IMG/VR virus record: IMGVR_UViG_3300049164_000042
Span: 1 to 25,387 of that record
From: a virus
Lineage: Duplodnaviria > Caudoviricetes
Strand: one strand, 5' to 3'
DNA: 25,387 nt
Part shown: positions 6,446 through 16,019 of the stretch, piece after piece
Numbering within the stretch: the stretch's first letter is position 1
Layout: each line of letters opens with the position of its first letter
Notes under the pieces: generated by a model
The model's database searches: none
What the model saw: only the letters and a program-made list of their open reading frames with translations
Told to the model about the DNA's origin: nothing
Made by a program: the position numbers and the translations under genes

Positions 6446-8913
6446 AGCGCCTCCAATGTCGGGTCATCGACGAGTCCAGGGACCCAGGTGCCCTTGACCG
6501 GGTCGATGAGCATCCCGGTGAGACGTCCTGACCCCACAAGGGCGTAATCGGTCGGATCCTCGATCGTCGGCTTCGGGTGGCCGGGGCCGTTGCACCGGTA
6601 GCCGACCATGTCTCCGATACGGGCGTGGATGCTCGGGCGGGGCCCTTCGTACAGGCTCGCCTCGATCTCGATCGACTGGACACCGTTGCGGCGGCGCACC
6701 AGGTCGGCGTCCGCGAACGCCTGCAGGTTGGTGTTGTCGTTGACGTTGTTGCCGGGGGAGATCACCGACTCCACGATCGGGTAGCCACCGGACAGCGCCG
6801 CCGCGTCGATCGCGGGGCTGCTCGCGGGTTGGCTGTCGCCTTGTCCTGGCCCAATCGCGGTGATGTGGTTGGCGTAGTCGTCGTCCGCCCACGACTCGTT
6901 GTGCTTGTAGGAGACGACGGAGACGTCCGTGTCCAACACCGGGGGATTGGGGGCGTCGAGGACACCGATCCTGCGCGCGATCCGCAGGATTTTCACGATC
7001 CTGGTTTGGGAGGCGTCCGCCCAGTCCAAACCCACAGTGAACTCCAGGCCCGCAGCGCACAGGTCCCGGATCGCGTTATAGATTTTCATGCGGTCGGTGG
7101 TCGTGTAGCCGATGGTGATGAGGTCGCCGGTGTCGGTGACGTCGTACTCGAAACCCAACCCTTGGCCGAGGCCGTTCAATGCTTCTGCCTGCTGCGCCAA
7201 AGCGAGTGCGACACGGGACCGGTCCGCGTTCACGAACTCCGCATCCCGCGCGAGACGTTTCAGCAGGTAGGACTCGGGTGTGTTCGCTGAGGGGACATGG
7301 AGTTTCCCGTCCGATCCCCTATGGCGGTTCGCGGGTAGCCCCATCCAGATGGGGATGTCGTTCACTACCGCGACAATGGATCCCAGGCGGCCGTCCGTGG
7401 CGGCCAGGATCGACTGGATCGGTAGGTGACCCTTGTCGGAGGCCAACGGGATCGCGACCGACGAGGACGCATACGCGGACAACTGGATCCGAGGAGAGCA
7501 CTCCACATCAGGCAGCTCGCACAGAATCTGCCCCGTGACCCGGTGCACGCCCAGCCACTGGACCTCTCGGCGTGCCGAGGCCTGCGCGTACACGGGGGGA
7601 GCGACCGGCAGCGGCGGCACCGCGCCGGGCGTCTCGACGGTCAGCGACTGGGAGCCCCACGGGCTGGACTGGTACCAGCCAGTGAGGGTGATCGTGATCT
7701 GGGTGCCGTCGTCCGCGACACCGACGGTGCCCCACTGCTCCCGGCCGCCCTGGTATCCCAGGTTGTATTGGGCGTCGTTGCCGTGGTGGGGCGTCGCGTC
7801 GATCCCCGCGGTGAGCATGACCGGGAAGTTCCCGTAGGGGTTGTGCTGAGGGGAGCACAGGCCGAGGGCGTGGATGTCAGCAGACACCTGCACCATCGAC
7901 TGCGACCACATGCGGGCCCCGCCCGAGGCGGGCACCGGTGTCGTGGTCAGGAAGTTGACGATCGCGGCGCGTTCGTACGAGAACGCGCCCCACGTGTGCT
8001 GGCCGCCGTCGTGCAGCCACGGGGTGGGCATCAACCACACCAGGGCCTCAGCGGTCGTGGTCTGGAGCAGGTTGAACATCCAGTCCAGCTGCTGCTCGCC
8101 GAGCATGGTCTTCGTCGGCGAGTCGGGATCCAATGTGAACGACCGGTTGTACCGGGTGTCGTTGAGGATGTAGAGGACCCGGCCCATCTGCCACGACTGG
8201 TACGGCGAACCCGTCGCTTCAGGAGTCGGGTAGTGCGGGATCCGCTCCCGGTAGACCTGCGCAGCGATGCCTTTGCCGGGGACCGTCCCGTCCGGGTAGC
8301 CCGGTGAAGGCGTGTACCCGTAGTCGTGGTTGTCCCACATGTACTGGAACGGGACCTCGCGGTACAGGCGGTGCTGCCGGGACTGGGCGAACACATCCGT
8401 GAACATGCGCCGGTAATTGTCGACCGACCCGCCGCCGACCACGCCGTGGTCACCCGAACCCAGGTCGTAGTAGGTCAGGTCGCCCAGGTGCGCAACCATG
8501 TCCGGGTTCGCCAGGCGGACCGTGTCGAACGTCGGCGCGTTTGAAATCCGGGAAGGCAGGAGCTCGGTACCGGACCCGGGGTAGACCGGGGACAGGCCAG
8601 CGTCGCCAATCGTCGCGACCGTGTGCGACCACGGCAACCCGACCGGCGCGTGCGTCCGGAACCGGCCGGTAGTAACGGTGTCGAGGACCCCGTCGTCCTC
8701 CACCCCGTAGAAGTATTCGGAGGAAGGAGACAGCCCCTCGGCGGTGAACCGGTGGGCGCCATCCGAGGAGACCCCATCGGGCGTGAACCACGCCGGCGTG
8801 GACAGGTCCGGCGAGTCCGAGACGGCCAGCCGCGCCGTCGACCCGGCGATGTCGGCGATAACCCTGGCGGTGGACGAGGTGACCGCGCCGACCGTCAGCG
8901 AGACAACAGCCAC
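6442..8913 (-). CDS. Minor tail protein fused to an N-terminal PhoD-like metallophosphoesterase (823 aa)
   Basis: PhoD-like motifs HLGDLTYYD, WDNHDY, NDTRYNR, TMLGEQQLDW and SADIH, then a Pro-rich linker and a siphovirus tail-type domain (NESWADDDYANHITAIG). GTG at 8913 follows GGAGG. Confidence 0.8.
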   Translation of the reverse strand: MAVVSLTVGAVTSSTARVIADIAGSTARLAVSDSPDLSTPAWFTPDGVSSDGAHRFTAEGLSPSSEYFYGVEDDGVLDTVTTGRFRTHAPVGLPWSHTVATIGDAGLSPVYPGSGTELLPSRISNAPTFDTVRLANPDMVAHLGDLTYYDLGSGDHGVVGGGSVDNYRRMFTDVFAQSRQHRLYREVPFQYMWDNHDYGYTPSPGYPDGTVPGKGIAAQVYRERIPHYPTPEATGSPYQSWQMGRVLYILNDTRYNRSFTLDPDSPTKTMLGEQQLDWMFNLLQTTTAEALVWLMPTPWLHDGGQHTWGAFSYERAAIVNFLTTTPVPASGGARMWSQSMVQVSADIHALGLCSPQHNPYGNFPVMLTAGIDATPHHGNDAQYNLGYQGGREQWGTVGVADDGTQITITLTGWYQSSPWGSQSLTVETPGAVPPLPVAPPVYAQASARREVQWLGVHRVTGQILCELPDVECSPRIQLSAYASSSVAIPLASDKGHLPIQSILAATDGRLGSIVAVVNDIPIWMGLPANRHRGSDGKLHVPSANTPESYLLKRLARDAEFVNADRSRVALALAQQAEALNGLGQGLGFEYDVTDTGDLITIGYTTTDRMKIYNAIRDLCAAGLEFTVGLDWADASQTRIVKILRIARRIGVLDAPNPPVLDTDVSVVSYKHNESWADDDYANHITAIGPGQGDSQPASSPAIDAAALSGGYPIVESVISPGNNVNDNTNLQAFADADLVRRRNGVQSIEIEASLYEGPRPSIHARIGDMVGYRCNGPGHPKPTIEDPTDYALVGSGRLTGMLIDPVKGTWVPGLVDDPTLEAL

Positions 8914-8914
8914 G

Positions 8915-10249
8915 TCACGCCTCCATGTAGACGCCCTGGACGACAATCGTCATGTTGACCGCCAGATCGCTACCGCCCATGTTGACCAGTGCGTTGGAGG
9001 TGGAGCCGGTGTCCCACCGCAGCCGGTCCCACGTGGCGCTCGTCCCCGAGGGGAACAAATAGACTTTGCCGCCTCGGATCGAGGGGGTCGTCGCGCCCTC
9101 CACTGCGAGGTCCACGACCTGGCGGACCGTCCGGTCCGGGTTCGTCGGGGAGTTCACCTGCAGCACATCAGTACCCGAACCGGCACCCGAGACGAGTAGG
9201 TACACGATCCACGCCACCGTCTTCGGGGCGATGCGGATCCACCTACCTGTACGCGTGGAGAACGTCGCCGACCCTGCACCGGTCACCGTCGGGGTGTACG
9301 TCGTCCACCCGGTGACGGCCGATCCTGCAGTCAAACCCTGCACGTAGTCGTAGTTGACCTTCGACGCAATCGGCTGCCACCCTCCGGCGTAGCGCAGGAG
9401 CGAGTCGGTGTCGGCCTGGTCGGCGTACATCCCCTCTCGCACTACCGAATCGGGTAGCTCGGCGGCGGTTCGGACGGGTAGGATCCCGCCCGCGGTAACG
9501 GTGTACGGGGCGATCACTGTGGGAGTCGCGGTCCCCGAACCCGGAGGGATCGAGAACGTCGCAATCGGCAGCGTCCCGACAGGAGCATCCGGTGCAGGGC
9601 TACCCGGCGTTCCGGGAATGATCCTGGTCCGGCCCGGGATCAAATCACCAGACGCGTCCGCGGCATTGTCCAGAACCTCGGCGATCAGCAGATCGATACG
9701 GGTCAGTGAAGCGTGAGCGGTCGCCAAGGTGTGCTGCGATGACGGGATCGCCACCACATACGGGCCTCGAGAGGAGGACCCCGACGTCTGCACGACGCCG
9801 TTGATGTCCTGCACGGTCACGGTCAGACCCGACACTGACAGCTCCGCGCTGCCAGAGTTGTGGAACAACCCCCACCTGGCGTTAAAACGGCCCGTAGCGA
9901 ACGCGGCCGTACGGCCCTTGTACAGCAGGCCGCCCATGGCCCGCCGCAGCGACTGCGCGTCGTAGACCGCTTCCGCGGCATCCACCGAGCATCCCCCGGC
10001 CGAACCGAACACCATGACCGGCCCACCAGGTGAAGGCCTGACTTGGAACGTGTCTGTCGTGGCATTCGCGACGAAATACGGGGCGCCAGGAACCAGCACC
10101 CCAACCGCGCCGCCCGTCGGAGCAGACGTCACCACCTGCTGCCCGTCCACCAGTCCATGCCCAGCGATCGTCAACGTGGACGGCGCGGCAATCGTCGCTG
10201 TGCCGACAGCGGCACCGCTAGCGGCAGTAGTCGCCCAGAGAGCAGGCAC
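8915..10249 (-). CDS. Minor tail protein (444 aa)
   Basis: Lies after Dit; contains the actinophage minor-tail-like motif TAHASLTRIDLLIAEV.D and a C-terminal WTTYTPT fibre-tip-like region. Confidence 0.75.
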   Translation of the reverse strand: MPALWATTAASGAAVGTATIAAPSTLTIAGHGLVDGQQVVTSAPTGGAVGVLVPGAPYFVANATTDTFQVRPSPGGPVMVFGSAGGCSVDAAEAVYDAQSLRRAMGGLLYKGRTAAFATGRFNARWGLFHNSGSAELSVSGLTVTVQDINGVVQTSGSSSRGPYVVAIPSSQHTLATAHASLTRIDLLIAEVLDNAADASGDLIPGRTRIIPGTPGSPAPDAPVGTLPIATFSIPPGSGTATPTVIAPYTVTAGGILPVRTAAELPDSVVREGMYADQADTDSLLRYAGGWQPIASKVNYDYVQGLTAGSAVTGWTTYTPTVTGAGSATFSTRTGRWIRIAPKTVAWIVYLLVSGAGSGTDVLQVNSPTNPDRTVRQVVDLAVEGATTPSIRGGKVYLFPSGTSATWDRLRWDTGSTSNALVNMGGSDLAVNMTIVVQGVYMEA

Positions 10250-10297
10250 AATAAACCCCCTATGGAGTTGGTGAAGAGGAAAACGCGGAAGGGGCAG

Positions 10298-11182
10298 CTA
10301 CCACCAGGCAGAGCGGTACGACGCCGTCACCTGCGCGGTGTTCGTGTCATCCGAGCCGAGGAACCGCAGCGACGTCATCCCCGGGAGCAACGGGTGCGTG
10401 TCCCAGCCCCACTGGGAGGCGCCGCGGTAATCGGCATCCACCGCACCGTTCAGCAGCGCGGTTTTCCGGGTCGAATCGATCAGCAAGAACTGGCCGGCCT
10501 GAAGGTCGAGGTTGACGCTGAGGGACTGCACTGACCCGTCCGGGCGCTGCAACACGATCTGCGGGCCCGCAATAGGGCCATCGATGCGGACCGTCACACC
10601 GCTGTCGGCAATCCCCGAGTTCGTGAGCTCCAGCAGGCCCGAGACGAGCACCGTGTAGATCGAGAACGGCACCGAGAACGGGACACTCAACCCGCTGACG
10701 TACTCAGTCAAGCCAGTAGAGACCGACGTGAGAGTCGAGGAGTACCGGCGGGGATCTTGCGCGACGAAGGCGACCTGATTGATCGATTTCCCCACTGACA
10801 GGTTGTCGCCGGTGACCCGCGGCATGCGCGGCGTCCCGAACATGACGAACTCGCTGCCGCCGTGCTCGAAATGCAGCTCGCACGTCTCGCCCGTCGCCCC
10901 CACGGCCGTGAACGCCGCCGCCAGTTCATCGTGCGCCGACAGCCACTCCGCTTTCGTGGAACCCATCCGGTTGATGGACAAGGGGATCAGGACGACCGCC
11001 TCATCGACCCACTCCGCGCCCCGCACCGAACCGTGCCCGTACGGGCGGTCCATGGACTGCGGTGAACGGGTCGAACGCGACCACGGATCCCAACCCGGGA
11101 GCACCGTGTACGGCGTCCCAGGGCCCATCAATATTGAACGCGAAGCGCGAACCAACTGCACTTGATCGGCGGCGAGAGGCAT
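10298..11182 (-). CDS. Distal tail protein (Dit)-like
   Basis: Immediately follows the tape measure gene; motifs FVAQDPRRY, IDGPI..P, LLPG...LRF and terminal YRSAWW. Confidence 0.8.
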   Translation of the reverse strand: MPLAADQVQLVRASRSILMGPGTPYTVLPGWDPWSRSTRSPQSMDRPYGHGSVRGAEWVDEAVVLIPLSINRMGSTKAEWLSAHDELAAAFTAVGATGETCELHFEHGGSEFVMFGTPRMPRVTGDNLSVGKSINQVAFVAQDPRRYSSTLTSVSTGLTEYVSGLSVPFSVPFSIYTVLVSGLLELTNSGIADSGVTVRIDGPIAGPQIVLQRPDGSVQSLSVNLDLQAGQFLLIDSTRKTALLNGAVDADYRGASQWGWDTHPLLPGMTSLRFLGSDDTNTAQVTASYRSAWW

Positions 11183-14100
11183 CTACACCGCCCCAATCGA
11201 ATTCAGCTCGTTCGAGACCTGGCGCATGTCGAGGCGCTCATTGATGGCCTCGATGTTGAGGTTGTTGACCGTCCACCCCGGTCGGGATGTCGGCGCCGAG
11301 TACGACATGCCCACAGAACTGGACTGCGCGAACCGCGTCTGGCCGGCCAGGACCGCCGACCGCAAAGCCTGCATCGCGTCGTGCCCGCCAGCCGCATCCA
11401 CCTCAGCGCGGGTCCACACATGCTCGCCAGGAGTCAGTACCGCCGGAACCACATCCCCAGCCCCGAGGGGCCCACCCACGGGGCCACCAGTGGAATACGG
11501 GATGGACGCTCCTCCGCGGGGCAGGAAGGCCCTCCAGTCGCCATTCGCGGTGTAGTTGAACGAGATCGTCACCGTCCGCTGGATGCTCTCCATCCACCGC
11601 TGCACCGCTTTGGCCCTCTGGATAACCTCGTCGTCACCCGACAGGCTGACCTCTGCCGGGTACTCGTCAGAGAACTCCAAGCCAGCTGCACGAGCTTGCT
11701 TGAACTGGTCCTGGATAATTCCCATGGGAATGTTTGACTGCTCAGCAACTATGTCCATTGCTTCGGTGTACGAGTATCCGGCCGCAATAAGCTCGTCAAC
11801 CTTGGCCTTCATTTGCACAATTCCCCGAGCCTGGCTTTCAGCCATACCGGAGTAGATGAGGGCGTTCTCAACCTGCATCCGACCGCTCGAGGTCGTGATG
11901 TCGGCGTTCATATTCTGGACGGTGCTGCTGAATTCCTCGCCAGACGCCTGAGCGTTCTCGAACTGCTCTTGCAACCAAGCGATACCTTCAGTGCTGATAC
12001 CCATCGCTTCCGCCATGGCAATCATTTCCGGAGGTAGGCTACTGGTCACTTCGGCCAGTTCACCAGCTGCAGAAGCCGCCTCAAATTGCGCTTCTAGGTA
12101 GGCCAGCATTGCTTCGCGGGCCTCATCAGAGGTGGCGCCGTGCTCGCTGACGGCATCCTGATACGACCGCTCGGCTTCCTCGAGGTCACGGGTCGCTTTG
12201 ATAGCCGCGAACGTTGGGTCAGTCCGTGCCCGGATTTCGTCAGCCAGCTCTTTCAGCGAAAGTCGGGCACGGTCGGTAGATTCCGCAAGGCCGTCCTGGG
12301 CTGACGTCAGTTCCTCGGTCGCTCCAACAGCGCCCTGGATGCCGGCTTCCTGCCGTTCCGCCTCTGCCCGGTACTGCGGCATCAACTGCAGCAGGGCCTC
12401 AAGCTCCTGCCCTTCGACGTTGTACGCGTCAGCCAGATCCGCCAGCAACGTGTCAGCGTCATGACCGGATGCCACCAACTGCGCCATCGCCGCGTCAAGG
12501 TTCCGGAATGAAGTCTCTGCGGCCTCATTCTCCGCGATCGTTACATTCAGGCCGTTTTCCCAGTCATACCAGGCTGCAGTAGCAATCATCAGGGACCGGT
12601 TGAACTGGTCGGCCGCGTCAGCGCCGGACCCGAACATCTGCTCCAGACCCGCAGTCATCTCACCCGACTCGGTAAGGAACTGCAGGTCTTTCGCCAGGCC
12701 AGATACGTCTATCGAGTTGATCTCCTCGAGCTTCTCCACGGTGTCATCGACACCATCGAGGAGCGCGTTGATACCCAACAGGACCGCGCCGGTAACCAGC
12801 CCGGCGATCGCGAACTTTGCCTTCCCTGCGGCATCAGCGAGCCCGACGAGGCTCGCCGCAAGCGACAGGACCCCGAAGGTTTTCACTTGCACTGCAAGGG
12901 CTTTCACTGCGAGAGAAACAGCGACGATGGTCGCGGCCGCAGCCAGCGCCGGGGTGGGGATTTCACTGATCATGCTGGCCAGGACCCCGACGAACTCTGC
13001 CGCTGGCTGCACCACGTTCAGAATCAAGGTGACCGCGGGCATGAGCGCCGACAGGAGGCTGCCAGCGGCGCTGATCCCCGAGGATCCGACGGCTGCAACC
13101 TGAACGACAAGGTCTGCGAGGACCGGCAGCAGCGGCGCAGCGGTGACCACGAGATCGATGAGTGCATCACGGAGTTCGGGACTGGCCGCTGCTGCAGCGA
13201 TCAGGCCGATCGTCAAGGGGCTCACAGCCCCAGCCAGACCGCCCATGCCGACAGCGGACAGGGCTGAGGCAGATCCTGCGGCAAGTGCTGCGGCACCGAA
13301 GCCCGCGAGGGCGGCGCCACCATCCGATAGGTTGTCCAGGAGCTGAACCAGGTCCACGTTGCCTAGCGCCGCTTCGAGTGACTGGATGGACTCGGTAACG
13401 GCGTCGAACGCGGGGTCGGCGCGGCCTTCCAGGAAGTCAACCGCGGGGCCGAGCGCGGATTCGAACGCGCGGAGTGCATCCGCCACCTCATTGGCCCATT
13501 CCACTGCGGCACCGCCGCCAGCAGGGTCAATGAACGGTGCAGCAAGGATCGAGCCGACGTCGCGGGTCGCGCCCTTGATACGGTCGAACGCGCCAACCCA
13601 TGTTTCACGCAGGCCCTCCGCGGCACCCGCGTAGTTGGTCTGCATCTGGCCCATGAGCGCATCGAGGAACTGCGTTGCGTCTACTGTCCCGGAGGAGATC
13701 GAGTCGCGCACCTCGGCGGCGGTCATGCCCCACGCCTCGCCAACGAGACCGGCGGCATTAATACCGCGGACACCCAACTCGTTGAGATCCTCAGCCGTGA
13801 CCTTCCCGACCGAGGACATCTTCGCGAGGATCTGCACGACCTCTTCGATTGACTGTGCCGAACCGCCCACCGCTACGACGCCGTCCTGCAGCGCCGAGAA
13901 GATGGGGACAATCTTCTCAGCCTCGACACCGAACCCGATCAGCTGCTGCTGCGCCTGGATCCACATTTGCCGCGGAAACGGTGAGGACCGAGCGAACTCG
14001 GTCAGCTCCTCCATCTGAGCAGCGGCAGCCTCGGCGGACCCCATGAGGGTCTCCAACGCGGACCCCGCAGTCTGCTGCAGGACGTTGTAGGCGGCGCCCG

Positions 14101-14332
14101 TCGCAAACGCAGAGGCACCCCACGATGCGAGCGCCGCAGTACCGATGCCAGCAGTCGCGGTGAGGGTCTGACCCAAGTCTCGGCTGACCCCAGTAAGCGC
14201 CTGCATCGTTGTGATGGGTTGCGCTGCTGACGCTGCGATTCCGTTGACGCTCTGACCAGCACGACGGGCGTTCTGGATGAAATCGCCAACGATCAGGCTC
14301 AACCTGACTGACATCGAACGGTCGGCGGCCAT
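11183..14332 (-). CDS. Tape measure protein (1049 aa)
   Basis: Longest ORF, Ala/Gly-rich and helical, with a TMP core (FARSSPF..GKVTAEDLNEL..GI), a hydrophobic middle and C-terminal VPAVLTPGEHV. Confidence 0.93.
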   Translation of the reverse strand: MAADRSMSVRLSLIVGDFIQNARRAGQSVNGIAASAAQPITTMQALTGVSRDLGQTLTATAGIGTAALASWGASAFATGAAYNVLQQTAGSALETLMGSAEAAAAQMEELTEFARSSPFPRQMWIQAQQQLIGFGVEAEKIVPIFSALQDGVVAVGGSAQSIEEVVQILAKMSSVGKVTAEDLNELGVRGINAAGLVGEAWGMTAAEVRDSISSGTVDATQFLDALMGQMQTNYAGAAEGLRETWVGAFDRIKGATRDVGSILAAPFIDPAGGGAAVEWANEVADALRAFESALGPAVDFLEGRADPAFDAVTESIQSLEAALGNVDLVQLLDNLSDGGAALAGFGAAALAAGSASALSAVGMGGLAGAVSPLTIGLIAAAAASPELRDALIDLVVTAAPLLPVLADLVVQVAAVGSSGISAAGSLLSALMPAVTLILNVVQPAAEFVGVLASMISEIPTPALAAAATIVAVSLAVKALAVQVKTFGVLSLAASLVGLADAAGKAKFAIAGLVTGAVLLGINALLDGVDDTVEKLEEINSIDVSGLAKDLQFLTESGEMTAGLEQMFGSGADAADQFNRSLMIATAAWYDWENGLNVTIAENEAAETSFRNLDAAMAQLVASGHDADTLLADLADAYNVEGQELEALLQLMPQYRAEAERQEAGIQGAVGATEELTSAQDGLAESTDRARLSLKELADEIRARTDPTFAAIKATRDLEEAERSYQDAVSEHGATSDEAREAMLAYLEAQFEAASAAGELAEVTSSLPPEMIAMAEAMGISTEGIAWLQEQFENAQASGEEFSSTVQNMNADITTSSGRMQVENALIYSGMAESQARGIVQMKAKVDELIAAGYSYTEAMDIVAEQSNIPMGIIQDQFKQARAAGLEFSDEYPAEVSLSGDDEVIQRAKAVQRWMESIQRTVTISFNYTANGDWRAFLPRGGASIPYSTGGPVGGPLGAGDVVPAVLTPGEHVWTRAEVDAAGGHDAMQALRSAVLAGQTRFAQSSSVGMSYSAPTSRPGWTVNNLNIEAINERLDMRQVSNELNSIGAV

Positions 14333-14399
14333 CCGTTACCTCCAGACTGCTCGCTGTGATGCACACTGGAGGCGAAGCCCCTCGATGTATGGAGATGTC

Positions 14400-14693
14400 A
14401 TGAGCGATCAGCGGGACGCCACGGCCACCCGATCAACCCTGGTAGTGCTGCGAACCGTGGCCGCGGTTCTCGCTGTATCCGCGCTACTCATCGGTTTGGT
14501 GATGTCGAACTCGGACCCGAACTCCGGCGCCAGCAACGGAATGCTTGCCGCTGGTCTGGTGCTCGGAGTTGTGGCCGCCGGCTTGGCAGCCTCCACTGGG
14601 GCGTTCAAGAAGCTCAGTGTCGGGAGCGCCATCGTCCTAGCCGTCGGTGTGCTGCTCGTTGGTTTGGTGCTCATTGACCTGACCAACGGGTGA
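14400..14693 (+). CDS. Small three-TM membrane protein (97 aa), moron-like insertion
   Basis: GGAG 5 nt before the ATG at 14400; three hydrophobic helices; opposite strand, between the tail chaperone and TMP genes. Confidence 0.75.
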   Translation: MSDQRDATATRSTLVVLRTVAAVLAVSALLIGLVMSNSDPNSGASNGMLAAGLVLGVVAAGLAASTGAFKKLSVGSAIVLAVGVLLVGLVLIDLTNG

Positions 14694-15065
14694 CGCCAGC
14701 GGGTCCCATGGCCTGAGCGGATGGTCCTTCGGGCGCGTGTCCAGAATGAAGACCTTCCGTTCCGGCCGGTGCTCTCGTTCGCCCTCGTTGGCGCGGTGAA
14801 GCTCCGCGCATCCCTGGCAGATGGCCTCATGGAATTCGTAGTAACCCTCGGAGTCTGGATTCCAGCTCTCGTGTTTCGGCTGCCCGCAACCGGGGCATCG
14901 CATGTCCTCCGAGAGGACGTACGCCACCGTCAACACCCGGTCGACGAACGTCCAATTCGGGTCGCTTCCCCTCAGCAGCACTAGTGGGGGGACCCCCCAT
15001 GAACGTGCCGCTTTCAGAGACGTGGCTATATGGCTCCACCTCGGGTCGAGGAGGAGCTGCGCGAC
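14637..15065 (-). CDS. Tail assembly chaperone, frameshifted C-terminal part (gpT-equivalent)
   Basis: The -1 frame from CCCTTTG reads FVAQLLLDPRWSHIATSLKAARSWGVPPLVLLRGSDPNW without a stop into the 14637-14981 ORF, which has CPGC and CQGC motifs. Confidence 0.75.
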   Translation of the reverse strand, partial: VAQLLLDPRWSHIATSLKAARSWGVPPLVLLRGSDPNWTFVDRVLTVAYVLSEDMRCPGCGQPKHESWNPDSEGYYEFHEAICQGCAELHRANEGEREHRPERKVFILDTRPKDHPLRPWDPLASPVGQVNEHQTNEQHTDG

Positions 15066-15619
15066 AAAGGGGCCTGTACCGCCGGCGCCGAGCTCGTCAT
15101 CTCCCGGTACCGGTCGGCGAGTTCCATGAGCGAGGATTCCCCGCAGCGCTCACGGATTTTCTCCAGGCGTTCCCACCCGAACCCTTCAGGGCCGAGCGGG
15201 ATCTCTCTGCCGTCGGCAGTCTCCACTTTGATGATGGAATCAGCGATCTCCACGAGTGTGAGTGTCATGTGGTACCGGCCGGGATCTGCCTTGGCGTCCA
15301 GTCCGAGTTCCTTCGCGACCGCATCCCGGATCGCACGACGGTGGTCCGCGGTCCTGTCCTGCATCGTTACGACCAGCATCGAGTCGTAGAACTGCCGGTT
15401 GATGTTGTCGATCTCGGCCTGGATCTGCTCAGTGCCGCGGTAGTCGATCCCTCGATCCTCAGCCCGAACCTTCTTCGCCAGCCGCAGTTCGTCTTCGAGA
15501 CGTTGCCGTTCTTCCAGCAGGTCGCCTCTCTGGGCAATGCGGGCAACCGCAGTGATGCCGGTGGTGCCATCGATCCAAGCGTCCAAATCCAGGTCGCTCA
15601 ATGCAGGCTGGTCAGCCAT
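15026..15619 (-). CDS. Tail assembly chaperone (gpG-equivalent, 197 aa)
   Basis: Lies between the major tail and TMP genes; GGGAG precedes the ATG at 15619; slippery site near the 3' end. Confidence 0.8.
   Translation of the reverse strand: MADQPALSDLDLDAWIDGTTGITAVARIAQRGDLLEERQRLEDELRLAKKVRAEDRGIDYRGTEQIQAEIDNINRQFYDSMLVVTMQDRTADHRRAIRDAVAKELGLDAKADPGRYHMTLTLVEIADSIIKVETADGREIPLGPEGFGWERLEKIRERCGESSLMELADRYREMTSSAPAVQAPLSRSSSSTRGGAI
15065..15071 (-). other. Programmed -1 frameshift slippery heptamer C CCT TTG
   Basis: X XXY YYZ pattern in the correct phase, 13 codons before the stop, with an open -1 frame. Confidence 0.75.
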
Positions 15620-15692
15620 GTCTACTCCCAGGTTCCCCAGGTAGGACGAGGCCCGCCGCGCGGCACCTGGGATGGCCACGCGGCGGGAGCAA

Positions 15693-16010
15693 CTAGATGG
15701 TGACCTCGAGCTCGACGTTCGTGGTCGCCGAGCACAGGATGTCGACGTACCCGTCGGTCGGGTTCCGGTACCTGCCGTCGGCCAGGAACACGCGCGTAGC
15801 GGACGCCGGCACGCTCACCACCCGGTCAGGGATCGTGAGGTTGCCGTCGTAGTCCTGGTGCACGGTCATCGTGAAGGTGACCGCGCCTGCAGTGTTGTTG
15901 CGCATGCGGACACGCGAACCCACAGGGACCTTGTCGCCGGCGACAGCAGGAGTGATGACGGCCGGCGTCATCCCGGAGGTGGTCGGAGTCTGAGCAGTCA
16001 GAACGGCCAT
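15693..16010 (-). CDS. Small beta-rich virion-region protein (105 aa)
   Basis: Follows the major tail gene with a GGGG SD; Thr/Val-rich. Confidence 0.75.
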   Translation of the reverse strand: MAVLTAQTPTTSGMTPAVITPAVAGDKVPVGSRVRMRNNTAGAVTFTMTVHQDYDGNLTIPDRVVSVPASATRVFLADGRYRNPTDGYVDILCSATTNVELEVTI

Positions 16011-16019
16011 GACAACCCC

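Noticed and set aside
6442-8913. PhoD domain as a secreted phosphate-scavenging auxiliary metabolic gene
   Set aside because: There is no signal or Tat peptide and it is fused in frame to a tail domain inside the tail operon.
10250-10297. Terminator or RNA element in the gap after Dit
   Set aside because: Pyrimidine-rich on the coding strand but no convincing stem was found.
14980-15002. Palindrome TGGGGGGACCCCCCA as a regulatory site
   Set aside because: It lies within the frameshifted coding frame (WGVPP), about 65 nt past the slip site and probably too far to be a stimulator; there is no other support.
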